Below are positions 1 through 8,915 of a stretch of DNA of 64,000 nt, piece by piece (positions within the stretch are counted from its first letter, which is position 1; each line of letters starts with the position of its first letter). A model generated the notes under the pieces. That model ran no database searches, had not been told where the DNA came from, and worked only from the letters and a program-made list of their open reading frames with translations. The stretch is from a virus, in the IMG/VR virus record IMGVR_UViG_3300034158_000007, positions 70,616 to 134,615 of that record; one strand, given 5' to 3'. The translations under genes were made by a program, and so were the position numbers.

Positions 1-2
1 GT

Positions 3-143
3 ATGTGTGGCATTGTTGGCGACTGTCTCACTTCATCTGTACCTCAAACCATGACACCCGCTGACCAGGTTCTCTATTGGGGATTAGTCATCGGCCTGGT
101 CGGTGGTTTCATCTATAAATTTATAGCAGGAGCTTTAGTATGA
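3..143 (+). CDS. Small membrane protein, possibly 5'-truncated by the window edge
   Basis: My translation: ATG at 3 open to TGA 141-143; hydrophobic VLYWGLVIGLVGGFIYKFIAGALV; ATGA overlap with the next gene. Not in the ORF track. Confidence 0.55.
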   Translation: MCGIVGDCLTSSVPQTMTPADQVLYWGLVIGLVGGFIYKFIAGALV

Positions 144-496
144 CCGAAGTATCTAAAACCGATTGCCAGTATGTCGCTAAGCGTTACTTGGAAGCTATGC
201 GTGAAGTAGGTGATGCTGCGATTGCCTTGATCGAAGCAGAGCTAGAACGTGAGTGCTACCTCGAGTTCGGTGGGTGGGGTGGCATCGACGGTGATGGTCG
301 AGTTGAACTGCGCTTTGACCTCACCCGCATGCTGAATCCTGAGGCGGCTGAAGAAACGCCTTACCGTCACATGCACAAACTGATCTACCAGTATGTGGAG
401 GACCATTTCCACCAGAAGGGTTTTGGTACCTATTACACCGAGAACCTCGGTCTGTTCTATCTCACCTTCGGCAAAATCACTAAGGAACTCGTATGA
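140..496 (+). CDS. Hypothetical protein (118 aa)
   Basis: RBS AGGAG upstream; ATGA-coupled to both neighbours. Confidence 0.75.
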   Translation: MTEVSKTDCQYVAKRYLEAMREVGDAAIALIEAELERECYLEFGGWGGIDGDGRVELRFDLTRMLNPEAAEETPYRHMHKLIYQYVEDHFHQKGFGTYYTENLGLFYLTFGKITKELV

Positions 497-909
497 ATCG
501 TTGGTTGACATTTCTCAAGCGTCGTTGGCTGATCAACATCATCCACCATGCGATGCATTCACCTGAGTACGATCGTGCACAGTATCTGTGTATCGCGATA
601 AAGGCTACCCACAGTAAGTTTACTTACCGTTGGGCATGCAAGCACATCAAAAAGATCATTGGTGGTCAGGGCACACTCTGGGGTCATTTCATTCAGGTGA
701 TTGAAGATGACTGGACGAACGAGCAACCCGATGCGGTGATCATAAAACTGGCTTACGCGTTCGGTGGTTGGAAAACCCGTAAAGAGTTCCACATGAAATA
801 CTGGCTTAAAGTCCAGGAGGAACTGGAGGCGGGTTCGTGGGATAAGGTTATCAAACCTGACCTCACTGAGATTCATGAACGTGCGCTTAGACTAGGGATC
901 ACAAAATGA
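493..909 (+). CDS. Hypothetical protein (138 aa)
   Basis: RBS AAGGA; ATGA overlaps at both ends. Confidence 0.75.
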   Translation: MNRWLTFLKRRWLINIIHHAMHSPEYDRAQYLCIAIKATHSKFTYRWACKHIKKIIGGQGTLWGHFIQVIEDDWTNEQPDAVIIKLAYAFGGWKTRKEFHMKYWLKVQEELEAGSWDKVIKPDLTEIHERALRLGITK

Positions 910-1121
910 AAACCTTTGACGGTCCATTCGGTAGTTATAAAGCTGGTTCCATGGGCGCGGTGTTAAACGCCATGTGTGAACAAGAAGGTCGTTCCTGTGG
1001 TATCGTGGGTAATTACACCCTCGGTAACGGAAAGGTCTTCAAAAACTCCAGCTGTAAAGAAGTAGTGTGCACCTACGTGTGGGACGGTGATGAAATCGTT
1101 TTCACATGGAATGCGGCATAA
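906..1121 (+). CDS. Hypothetical protein (71 aa)
   Basis: ATGA overlap with the upstream gene; RBS-like AGGGA. Confidence 0.65.
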   Translation: MKTFDGPFGSYKAGSMGAVLNAMCEQEGRSCGIVGNYTLGNGKVFKNSSCKEVVCTYVWDGDEIVFTWNAA

Positions 1122-1323
1122 AGAAAAGGGTGACTCACCGGGGCACTACTCCCAGTGAGTCGACCATGGTTAGAGGTTAGTCGCCTCTTTCCATGGGTTG
1201 TTGTATTGAGTCTTGATTCCACCTAATCCCCTCGTGGGACTAAGTGTTCACTTAACTCTTTACAACGGTACGATACAAATCAACATTCATTTCACATAAC
1301 ATTACAACCGGAGTATTCTTTTC

Positions 1324-1578
1324 TTGGACAATATGCAAACCCTTTTGGACAAACTAAACGTACGGATGCGAGCATCCTACACAAAAGCATTGGAGACCAT
1401 CGAGGGCGCCATGCTTGAAGGTTCCAGTGAGTGCATTTTCAACAGAACGAATAGCCCGCACGTCGTATCGGACGACACCATCCACTCGATCGTTGCGAAC
1501 ATGTTGATTGACAGTAACTTCACTGTTACATCAACGCTGGCGACCTATACAGTCAGTGGCTGGAACAAAGCGCTGTAA
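1324..1578 (+). CDS. Hypothetical protein (84 aa; start may be ATG 1333)
   Basis: GGAG upstream; stop directly followed by a palindromic element. Confidence 0.65.
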   Translation: MDNMQTLLDKLNVRMRASYTKALETIEGAMLEGSSECIFNRTNSPHVVSDDTIHSIVANMLIDSNFTVTSTLATYTVSGWNKAL

Positions 1579-1581
1579 CCG

Positions 1582-1615
1582 CATAAAGCCCCTACCTTAC
1601 GGTAGGGGCAGTGTG
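1582..1615. terminator. CATA...TATG-family palindrome between convergent genes
   Basis: CATAAAGCCCCTACC-TTAC-GGTAGGGGCAGTGTG followed by a T run. Confidence 0.75.
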
Positions 1616-1624
1616 CTTTATTTT

Positions 1625-2836
1625 TTAGCGGTTACGACGGTTGTCTTCGCGTTCTTGTTTGTCAGCACTGTTTTCAGCTTGGTCAAACAACTTCATCGCG
1701 CCGTAAGTAACTTCAGTTACGTGGCTGATGGTTTTAGCGGCCAGTTCCAGTACCGGGCTAGCTGCACGCTTCAGATCACCTTGACGGTCAGCTTGAGCTT
1801 GGTTGCAAGCTGCTACGATTTCTTTGGCATCTTTCTCGATACCTTGAACGATCGGAGCCAGACGCTTCATTTCGCCAATCACTTGGTGGATGGCTTTCAG
1901 CGATTGTTCTTTCTTGGCTTGGTCAGTACCCGAACCACCTTTGATGATACGGTAGATCAAACCAGCCCAGCTGAACACGAGGACCCAGAACCAGTCGCCA
2001 GCGGTCCATTTACCTTCGTTGTTCTTAGGTGGTGGAACGTCTTCAGTAACCCACTTACCACGACCGTCTTTAACAGTCACATCAGTGTTGTTCATCAGTT
2101 GAACGAAGGTCTTACCTTCGATCGCGGTGCCAGCACTGTCTTCGCCTTTCGACCATTTCTGGATATTGTCTTTACCTTGCGATACCAGGGCAGCCAGTTT
2201 CTTAACGCCATCTACTTCAAGACCAAAGTCTTTAGCGCTCATCAACTCGTCGTTCATGTGGAACAGTTTCCAGAACGCTTTGTAGTTAATGGTGATTTCA
2301 CTTTCAGCAGCAAAGTCATCTTCACGAACTTGGTTGAGTTTACCCAACGCTTGTTTGTAGTTAGACATCGAGGTACCGATAGATTCTTCAACGCCTGTAC
2401 CGAACTCTTCCAGAGCGATCGTTACACAACCACGGATCAGTTCAGCGTGACCACGTACGGACTTAGCGAACTTACGTACACCGCCTTTGGTAGCTGGGAA
2501 GTTTTCCAGGCTAGCAACAGGGTGACCAGAGAACTCAGTCAGTTGTTGGAAGATACGCTTGTACGATTCCATAGCGATAGCGGTAGTAACACCGTCGATA
2601 TCACCTGCCAGTTCATCGAGGCTATCGGCAGCAGCTACCGAGTCAACGATTGGGTCCAGACTGGTTTCTGGAGTTTCAATTACTTCTGTGATGCTGTTGT
2701 TAGCAAAAAGTGCTGGATCACCTTCGCGGACTACTTCAGGCGGGATCGCATTGATGAAGTCTTCGATTGCTACCTGCTCTGCGGTGAGCTGAGGTTTAGC
2801 GTGTTTCATTACTGGGCTTACTTTGGCCATTTTCAA
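1625..2836 (-). CDS. Putative inner-head/ejection protein with protease-cleaved propeptide
   Basis: Several [SAG]-x-E sites (AMESY, SLENF, ALEEF), the known cleavage motif of the phiKZ gp175-type prohead protease; paralogous to 2843-4000; hydrophobic WFWVLVFSWAGLIY segment. Confidence 0.6.
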   Translation of the reverse strand: MKMAKVSPVMKHAKPQLTAEQVAIEDFINAIPPEVVREGDPALFANNSITEVIETPETSLDPIVDSVAAADSLDELAGDIDGVTTAIAMESYKRIFQQLTEFSGHPVASLENFPATKGGVRKFAKSVRGHAELIRGCVTIALEEFGTGVEESIGTSMSNYKQALGKLNQVREDDFAAESEITINYKAFWKLFHMNDELMSAKDFGLEVDGVKKLAALVSQGKDNIQKWSKGEDSAGTAIEGKTFVQLMNNTDVTVKDGRGKWVTEDVPPPKNNEGKWTAGDWFWVLVFSWAGLIYRIIKGGSGTDQAKKEQSLKAIHQVIGEMKRLAPIVQGIEKDAKEIVAACNQAQADRQGDLKRAASPVLELAAKTISHVTEVTYGAMKLFDQAENSADKQEREDNRRNR

Positions 2837-2842
2837 GGTACC

Positions 2843-4000
2843 TTATTTGCTGTGTTTTCGTACGAGTCGGGTGAAAAGAGTATCGGTGCCTTTAGTGATA
2901 TCGATAATCTGTTTCATGATAAAGTTTGCCAGTTCGATGATCGGAACGCTCCGGCGATTTAATGCTGATTCTTGATCCTCGGTGACCTTCTTGAAAAGCT
3001 CGATCAGGTCTTGTACATGACCGGCGAGGTCGTCAACAATCTCATCCATTCCTTCGACATGTCGGATGAACTTATGGATATCAGTCAAACTATTGGTGAC
3101 TTTTGCTTCTGAATCCTTTTTGTTGCTGTTAATAGACTTGGATAGCTCATAGCCCAACCGACCAAACATGATTGCACCAAAGGCAATCCAGAAGTGTTGA
3201 CCCCACGAATGAGTCTTCTTAGGTGCACGAGTTTTACGCGCATCGTTGTCGAATTGTCCATCGTTAACCTTCGCCTTACGGTTGAACATCAGTTGCAATT
3301 GCGTGGCCGTATCAGGTAGGTCACGTGCAGTACGTTCAAGCTTGTCTTCATCGGTAAGACTGTGCACGTCTTTAGCCAGACGTTCAACACCTTTACCCAC
3401 GATAGCTACAAGACGCTCAAGGTGTTGAGACTCCTGTCGGATACACGTGATAGGTTCCTTACCCTTGAAAACATCCTTAACCATGAACATGTCAAAGATA
3501 CGTGTATGGTTAACATCGATCTTCTTGGAGTTTGTTTCTTCGATATCAGCGTCAGTAGCTTTAAGCTTACGGTGAGCTGCATCGTAGGTCTTACACACCA
3601 TCAAGAAGTCTTCCTTGATGTCACGACCATAGTTCTCAATCGATACTGAAAGCTTTGTTGCTAGACGATCTGCTTCAGCACGTATAGCTTTGGCCAATCC
3701 AGTTTTCTTAGTGAGCGTACCAGCACCAAAGGATTCCAATGCCACGGTCTTATGTTCGATAACACCACTGTTTCCTGTAAGGGCTTGGTAGCCCCAATGG
3801 TAGGCTTCTAGTGAAGGTTGGTCTCGTACAGTGTCTACGCGCTTTGCTAGCTCTAGTAGAGCACTGTGAGCACGCTCAGTGGCATAGATCTCTAATGCGG
3901 CTTCATCATCAGGTAGACTCGTCCAATCGGACTCAGTATCTTCCATCGTTACTTGTGGAGTGTTCTTCACATCCATATCTGTTAAGCGGGTAGTGCTCAT
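2843..4000 (-). CDS. Putative inner-head/ejection protein, paralog of 1625-2836
   Basis: ALEIY, SLEAY, ALESF, SIENY motifs; hydrophobic FWIAFGAIMFG segment; TATG late-promoter motif upstream (4032-4035). Confidence 0.6.
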   Translation of the reverse strand: MSTTRLTDMDVKNTPQVTMEDTESDWTSLPDDEAALEIYATERAHSALLELAKRVDTVRDQPSLEAYHWGYQALTGNSGVIEHKTVALESFGAGTLTKKTGLAKAIRAEADRLATKLSVSIENYGRDIKEDFLMVCKTYDAAHRKLKATDADIEETNSKKIDVNHTRIFDMFMVKDVFKGKEPITCIRQESQHLERLVAIVGKGVERLAKDVHSLTDEDKLERTARDLPDTATQLQLMFNRKAKVNDGQFDNDARKTRAPKKTHSWGQHFWIAFGAIMFGRLGYELSKSINSNKKDSEAKVTNSLTDIHKFIRHVEGMDEIVDDLAGHVQDLIELFKKVTEDQESALNRRSVPIIELANFIMKQIIDITKGTDTLFTRLVRKHSK

Positions 4001-4031
4001 GGTTTATACCTGATCAGGGTTTATATTTTAA

Positions 4032-4035
4032 CATA
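4032..4035 (-). promoter_or_regulatory. Putative late promoter (TATG)
   Basis: CAATCGTATGT on the minus strand about 30 nt upstream of the head-protein pair; TATG is the established phiKZ nvRNAP late-promoter core. Confidence 0.45.
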
Positions 4036-4194
4036 CGATTGGATTATTTACTGTGGGTGCTTATCTAATACAGTACTAAGATCAAAGGACTCCCCGTAGG
4101 GGCTTTTATTTCTTAATATACAGCGTTACGATAGTAACCATCAATGCTGTTATAGACTCCTTAGTGCTCTACTAGCGTAGCACAGTAACACGGA

Positions 4195-4229
4195 CATAAG
4201 CCATCCCCACAAGAGGGATGGCATTTATG
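4195..4229. terminator. CATA...TATG-family palindrome
   Basis: CATAAGCCATCCC-CACAAGA-GGGATGGCATTTATG downstream of the Kelch gene. Confidence 0.65.
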
Positions 4230-4256
4230 ACGTTAGAGGACTATTCTAAAACAAGC

Positions 4257-5750
4257 TTACCAAGGGAAAGTCGCAGATAGAATCTTGATCATTGGACGAA
4301 CACCGCCACGACCAGAGGTCTTATTGAGTGTGGTACCTTGGTTACCCGGCGCTGTACCACCACGTGCCCACTGATCGTACGCACCGTTTTCCTGAGTGGT
4401 CCATTCGGCGTTATATAGTGCACTTGCCCCAAAGCCAACCGCATTGTCTGACCACTGCGCCAACATTGTAGCTGTATTGTTAACGTAGCTCTTAGCAATA
4501 CGGTTGTACATGTCGTACCAAACAGTGCCGACACCATCGTTGTTATTCCGAGGGCCGTACCACATCATTGGAACTCCAGCTACAGTCTTGGCCGCACCGT
4601 TCGGGTTATACACGTAAGAAGAACTCAAAGGTGCGTTTACCATTAGAGGTTTCAATGGCATCAGCCAGATCTGACCACTGAATCGCATTACCGCCCAACT
4701 CAAACCTTCAAACTTCACAGTACCGCCACTAATCGATGTCAAGGTGCAGAACTCAGTACCCGAGTAGTACTCTTGGAAAGGAATAACCGAGATAGGTGGA
4801 GGACCAGTCTTGACGTACGGGTTATAAACCCACAGCTCAGTGCCAGTAGTCGAACCAAGACAGTAGAACTTATTCTTAGCTTTAAATCCACGGGACTCAG
4901 AGCTATTCATTAGGTCAGGTACCACACCAACATCATCGGTGTAGATATTGGTACGAGGTACGTAACGGGACATGTTCTTATTAGCACCACGTCCACCGTA
5001 ATAGAAGATCTCGTCGCCCATTAACATAACCTTAGCACCACTACGTGTACCAAAGTTGGTAACCACATCCGCCATCTTAACTGTCCATGTGTTTAGCACC
5101 TGGTCATAAGCTGAGATAGGTAAGTTTGCTGTCGTACCGTTGTTATATACACCGAATGCGGTAAAGATCAGATCGTCTTGAACAATAGCCGAACCGTTAA
5201 CTACTGGGTTAGCCATGGCAGCACATTTAGTCCAGACGTTAGTTACCATGTTGTAACGCATTACGTTGGCAGTGCCATTAACTGGAGCGTCACCATTAGC
5301 GCCACCCAAGATAAAGATATCTGAGCCCACGTTGGTCATCATGGCCTGTGCCGAACCTGGACGGTCTGCAACGGTCGCTGGGAGCGTACCAGAAGCCCAG
5401 GTGTTGTTGGAGATGGTGTAGATATAGAAACGCGTCGTGTACCCCAGAGCAGTGCTATAGCCGCCCCAGACATAAAGTTTCCCGATACCCATCACACATC
5501 GATGCTCACGCATCGCAGTAGGCATGTCAGCTAACTTAGTGAAGGTCTGGGACGTTTGGTTGTACTTGTAAAAAGCCGCTGTCTCAGTGGCTGCAATGTT
5601 GTCGAATCCTCCAACGAAATAAAGATCATCCTTATAGACGGATACAGCTTGACCGCTGATACCCACCGGACCGCCCGCTACATCTAGCTTGGTCCAAACT
5701 GTAGCAGGCTTGGCACCTGCCCCTGCAAAACTCAGTAATAATTCACGCAT
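4257..5750 (-). CDS. Kelch-repeat beta-propeller fused to a phiKZ-family virion-protein C-terminal domain
   Basis: About six Kelch repeats (LYFVGG, LYVWGG, IFILGG, IFYYGG, with Y..Y.....W spacing). C-terminal WAVMRF..Q.WLMPLKP...W..QE...RG...GVRPMI resembles the paralogous jumbo-phage virion family as I recall it. Confidence 0.75.
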   Translation of the reverse strand: MRELLLSFAGAGAKPATVWTKLDVAGGPVGISGQAVSVYKDDLYFVGGFDNIAATETAAFYKYNQTSQTFTKLADMPTAMREHRCVMGIGKLYVWGGYSTALGYTTRFYIYTISNNTWASGTLPATVADRPGSAQAMMTNVGSDIFILGGANGDAPVNGTANVMRYNMVTNVWTKCAAMANPVVNGSAIVQDDLIFTAFGVYNNGTTANLPISAYDQVLNTWTVKMADVVTNFGTRSGAKVMLMGDEIFYYGGRGANKNMSRYVPRTNIYTDDVGVVPDLMNSSESRGFKAKNKFYCLGSTTGTELWVYNPYVKTGPPPISVIPFQEYYSGTEFCTLTSISGGTVKFEGLSWAVMRFSGQIWLMPLKPLMVNAPLSSSYVYNPNGAAKTVAGVPMMWYGPRNNNDGVGTVWYDMYNRIAKSYVNNTATMLAQWSDNAVGFGASALYNAEWTTQENGAYDQWARGGTAPGNQGTTLNKTSGRGGVRPMIKILSATFPW

Positions 5751-5823
5751 CTTTAAAGACCTAGGTTAGATGATGTATATTATTAGTGCGTCATAAAGCC
5801 CCACCCGCAGGCAGGACTATGGT

Positions 5824-6258
5824 TTATGAACTTACGTCGTTGTAGTAATCCCGTTTGATCACATCGAAGTAAGGATCGGTAGCATTGAGTTCCAAGTCGT
5901 AGTAGAACTTGTTGAACCCAGAGATATCTGGATCGGTAAAGGCGTAGTCAGGCGAGGACATTTCTTTCTGATCCTGACGAATGAAGATGTTGTATTTCAG
6001 GAACAACGTGGAGCACGCAACTTCAAAGCTACTGTAGCTATTTGGGTCTACGTGTTCCCACTTTTCCAGTTGTGCAACAAACTCGATAATCTTCCCACGT
6101 ACAATCGATACGTTCTGTTCAGCGAGTCGTAACAGGATAGCGGTGGTCTGGAAATGTTTGATACAGTGTGCAATATGAGCAACCACCGAATCACCCAGTG
6201 CACGTGGTGCGCTGTATTGCGCCAAGCGGGCTTCACGAATGGCATTTAGATCTGTCAT
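5824..6258 (-). CDS. Hypothetical protein (144 aa)
   Basis: Clean ORF in the helicase operon, RBS GAG. Confidence 0.75.
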   Translation of the reverse strand: MTDLNAIREARLAQYSAPRALGDSVVAHIAHCIKHFQTTAILLRLAEQNVSIVRGKIIEFVAQLEKWEHVDPNSYSSFEVACSTLFLKYNIFIRQDQKEMSSPDYAFTDPDISGFNKFYYDLELNATDPYFDVIKRDYYNDVSS

Positions 6259-6261
6259 TGA

Positions 6262-6591
6262 TTAGTTCTCGTAGTCAAAGATGATGGCGGTCAATCCGCC
6301 GACTGTTAAAGTTAGGAAATTTCGGTCATTAAAAGGTTCAGGCTTTTGCCAGACATCGATCTTGATCTGATAATGCTTCCACACGGCATCCACAAGCTCT
6401 TTACGCGACGTTACCTTCAAAGACAGATATACGCCAGCCTGTCTACATAACTCGTCTATAACGGGGTCTAGGTTCTTCCGCGCAACATACACACCGATGT
6501 AGTGTTTATTGTCTTTCAATTGGTTAGCCAGCTTGATCTGACTGATAACGCTGTCAACCAGTTTAGTGATGTGTGACATGCTTAACCCCAT
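6262..6591 (-). CDS. Hypothetical protein (about 105-109 aa)
   Basis: ORF tightly packed between the helicase and 5824-6258. Confidence 0.7.
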   Translation of the reverse strand: MGLSMSHITKLVDSVISQIKLANQLKDNKHYIGVYVARKNLDPVIDELCRQAGVYLSLKVTSRKELVDAVWKHYQIKIDVWQKPEPFNDRNFLTLTVGGLTAIIFDYEN

Positions 6592-6604
6592 TAGTAAATA
6601 AGTC

Positions 6605-6628
6605 GCCTCCCGGATGGGAGGCTTTATG
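6605..6628. terminator. Family hairpin after the helicase
   Basis: GCCTCCC-GGAT-GGGAGGC-TTTATG. Confidence 0.6.
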
Positions 6629-6639
6629 TTGTTTCTTTT

Positions 6640-8172
6640 TTAATCCCAAGCGTCACCGTCTTCGCCATTACCAATCACGGAACCCGGTACTACCTTCATG
6701 GAGTAGTCTTCTTCCTTATCGATGTCCCACAGCATCGTACCAATTTGCGACATAGGCAATAGAACGTATTGATCTTCAACTGCGGTAACGGTGTTACGGT
6801 GTTTACCACGTTGCAGAGCCAGATACGCACGACCCTTACGTCGGATGATGTGGTGGAAGATCTCAAGGTCAGGTTCTTGACCCAATCGACGGCAACCATC
6901 GTAGTAACCTTTGTTGGCTACGGTCTGTACGAAGTCCTCTGTGTTCTCACGCTGGAGTTGCAGTGCATCAGATGACATCTGGTGAGGGGACAGGAATGTA
7001 ATACCTCGTGGCGCAGTGTAGTTACGCATACGACGGAACAACAGTCGAATGTCATCACCCGCAATCTTAGCATCGAGTCCAGTCTTAGGTAACATGTTGA
7101 GATAGTCAACAGTCAGGTATTGAAGTTCAAAGCCTTGACCTTGGAGAGAATCAAGATACGTCACAAAACCAGCAACCGTAAATTCGGTTGGGTCAAAGCG
7201 AATCATCTTAACTTTAAAACCATTTTCCTCTAGACGACCACAGACATACTGAGCAGCTTCACGCGGATCAATATCACGGACTACAATCTCTTCACCCGTT
7301 TCGTTCTCACGGATGTATTTGTACATGGTCAACAAGTTGTCGTTGATTTCGTTCTCGAGTGTTACGAAAAGAATCAAAGGTTTCTTAGTACGGTCACGTA
7401 GAAACGGTTTGTTGAACAGACATACGTGGCAGAACAAGAACATCGCTAGGAAGGATTTAAAGTTGTGTTGCAGTGCAGACGTAATAATGAACTCTCCTCG
7501 ACGGAAAGCACCTAGACTACCCAGCATTTTGTTGAAGCCTTTCCAACCTAACTTAAATGCACCGTCAGCAGACAGTGTATCTTTTGCAGCTTCGAAGAAA
7601 CCAGCTACATCATCCGGGTTATCGAAATCGATAGCTCCCATCTCAGCAGGGTGCTTAGACTCAGCCCGAGCTTTGATGTATGGTTCCAGTTTGGTACCCA
7701 TCTCGTTTACCATAGACGCGATGTCTAGGTTACCACGGTCGAACAAAGCCTTCTGAGAATACTCTTTCAGGATGGTCTTAATAGTGGTGTCATTGAGATA
7801 ATAGTTTAGGGCTGCACGTCGACTATTAATAGCCTTCATGATTGCCATGCCATCTGGGAAGTTCTCAAGTACGCCTTGTTCTACTGAATCGTATAGGAAA
7901 GATTCCTCACGGCAACTTACACGAACCAACTGTAATACTTCTTGCGACCCCGGAAAAGCATTAGCCGGTTTCTGATTAAGTTCATTAACCAGATTGCGCA
8001 GTTCCAGAAACGTCTGACGACCATGGTCATGATCGACTGTGGTTTCCTTAAGGTCCAGTGATGCTACAACCCTTTCGATCAATTCTGTAGACGGCGAAGC
8101 GGGTGAATCTTCACGGTGTTCCAGACATAACAGAGTGGCACACTGAACGAGTAATTGTTTGGGAGAAGCCAT
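6640..8172 (-). CDS. dnaB: DnaB-like SF4 replicative helicase (phiKZ gp118-like)
   Basis: F.LGWKGFNKMLG..G.FRRGE, Walker A variant ALQHNFKS, LFVTLEN, Walker B LTVDYLNML, SPHQMS, GKHR arginine finger; position next to MCP. Confidence 0.85.
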   Translation of the reverse strand: MASPKQLLVQCATLLCLEHREDSPASPSTELIERVVASLDLKETTVDHDHGRQTFLELRNLVNELNQKPANAFPGSQEVLQLVRVSCREESFLYDSVEQGVLENFPDGMAIMKAINSRRAALNYYLNDTTIKTILKEYSQKALFDRGNLDIASMVNEMGTKLEPYIKARAESKHPAEMGAIDFDNPDDVAGFFEAAKDTLSADGAFKLGWKGFNKMLGSLGAFRRGEFIITSALQHNFKSFLAMFLFCHVCLFNKPFLRDRTKKPLILFVTLENEINDNLLTMYKYIRENETGEEIVVRDIDPREAAQYVCGRLEENGFKVKMIRFDPTEFTVAGFVTYLDSLQGQGFELQYLTVDYLNMLPKTGLDAKIAGDDIRLLFRRMRNYTAPRGITFLSPHQMSSDALQLQRENTEDFVQTVANKGYYDGCRRLGQEPDLEIFHHIIRRKGRAYLALQRGKHRNTVTAVEDQYVLLPMSQIGTMLWDIDKEEDYSMKVVPGSVIGNGEDGDAWD

Positions 8173-8262
8173 TATGTTTCCTTAAAGTAAAAAGTAGTGG
8201 ATGGTATCGTGTATCATTCTGTGTGTAGGTATTTAATTGTCATGTGAGTTTATCACAATGTT

Positions 8263-8266
8263 TATG
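8263..8266 (+). promoter_or_regulatory. Putative late promoter (TATG) for the gp119/MCP operon
   Basis: CAATGTTTATGTAG in the divergent AT-rich gap. Confidence 0.45.
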
Positions 8267-8304
8267 TAGATATAACAACATGCCCAGACCAAAAGGTTAA
8301 CTGT

Positions 8305-8841
8305 ATGCCCCAGCTCTTAGTTGTTCCTGAAGCTGTTTACGATCAGTTTAAAACTGACGGTGTTCTATTCAATCGCTTGTTGGACACCAACTATATAGCT
8401 AGTGTCAGTTCGGTTAACGACCTGGCGCAAATCGATATAGCTATGAACAAATTCCCCTTCACGTTCGATCCGAGTAGCGGTGTAAGCCTCGCTCCAAGTC
8501 CACGTGCAGGTATTGCTATCGCTGCGTCTACTGAGAACCTTGAACGGTTTAAGATGCAAGATATGCATAATGCTTTAGAGGAGCGCATTGAGACCATTGC
8601 ACTCCGTCACGCTAGTCAACTTCAAGTTGTTAGTGAATATTCGCTTTATCCTGTAGACGAAAATCTTTGGGTTGCGGTGCAGAAGAGTCTGCCTATCACC
8701 AATAGCGATCCTGAACGGTATGCTTTAGTTAGTAACCGTACGTTCTTCGATAGTATGATTAATGAGTTGCTGCGCACCTGCAAATTGAGTCAGGTAGCCC
8801 CAACGAACCTCTTCAGCTATTATCTTATGTCCAAGGTCTAG
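8305..8841 (+). CDS. Probable minor capsid protein (phiKZ gp119-like)
   Basis: 178 aa, immediately upstream of MCP; call rests on synteny. Confidence 0.55.
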   Translation: MPQLLVVPEAVYDQFKTDGVLFNRLLDTNYIASVSSVNDLAQIDIAMNKFPFTFDPSSGVSLAPSPRAGIAIAASTENLERFKMQDMHNALEERIETIALRHASQLQVVSEYSLYPVDENLWVAVQKSLPITNSDPERYALVSNRTFFDSMINELLRTCKLSQVAPTNLFSYYLMSKV

Positions 8842-8915
8842 TTCCGGTGAAAAATAGCCTGGACAAAAAGATACTCGTTTAAAACCAAAACCCCATCCTG
8901 CGTAGGAAAACTTAG

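Noticed and set aside
1508-2962. 484-aa plus-strand ORF opposite 1625-2836
   Set aside because: In-register antisense shadow of a codon-biased gene; it also runs through a hairpin element.
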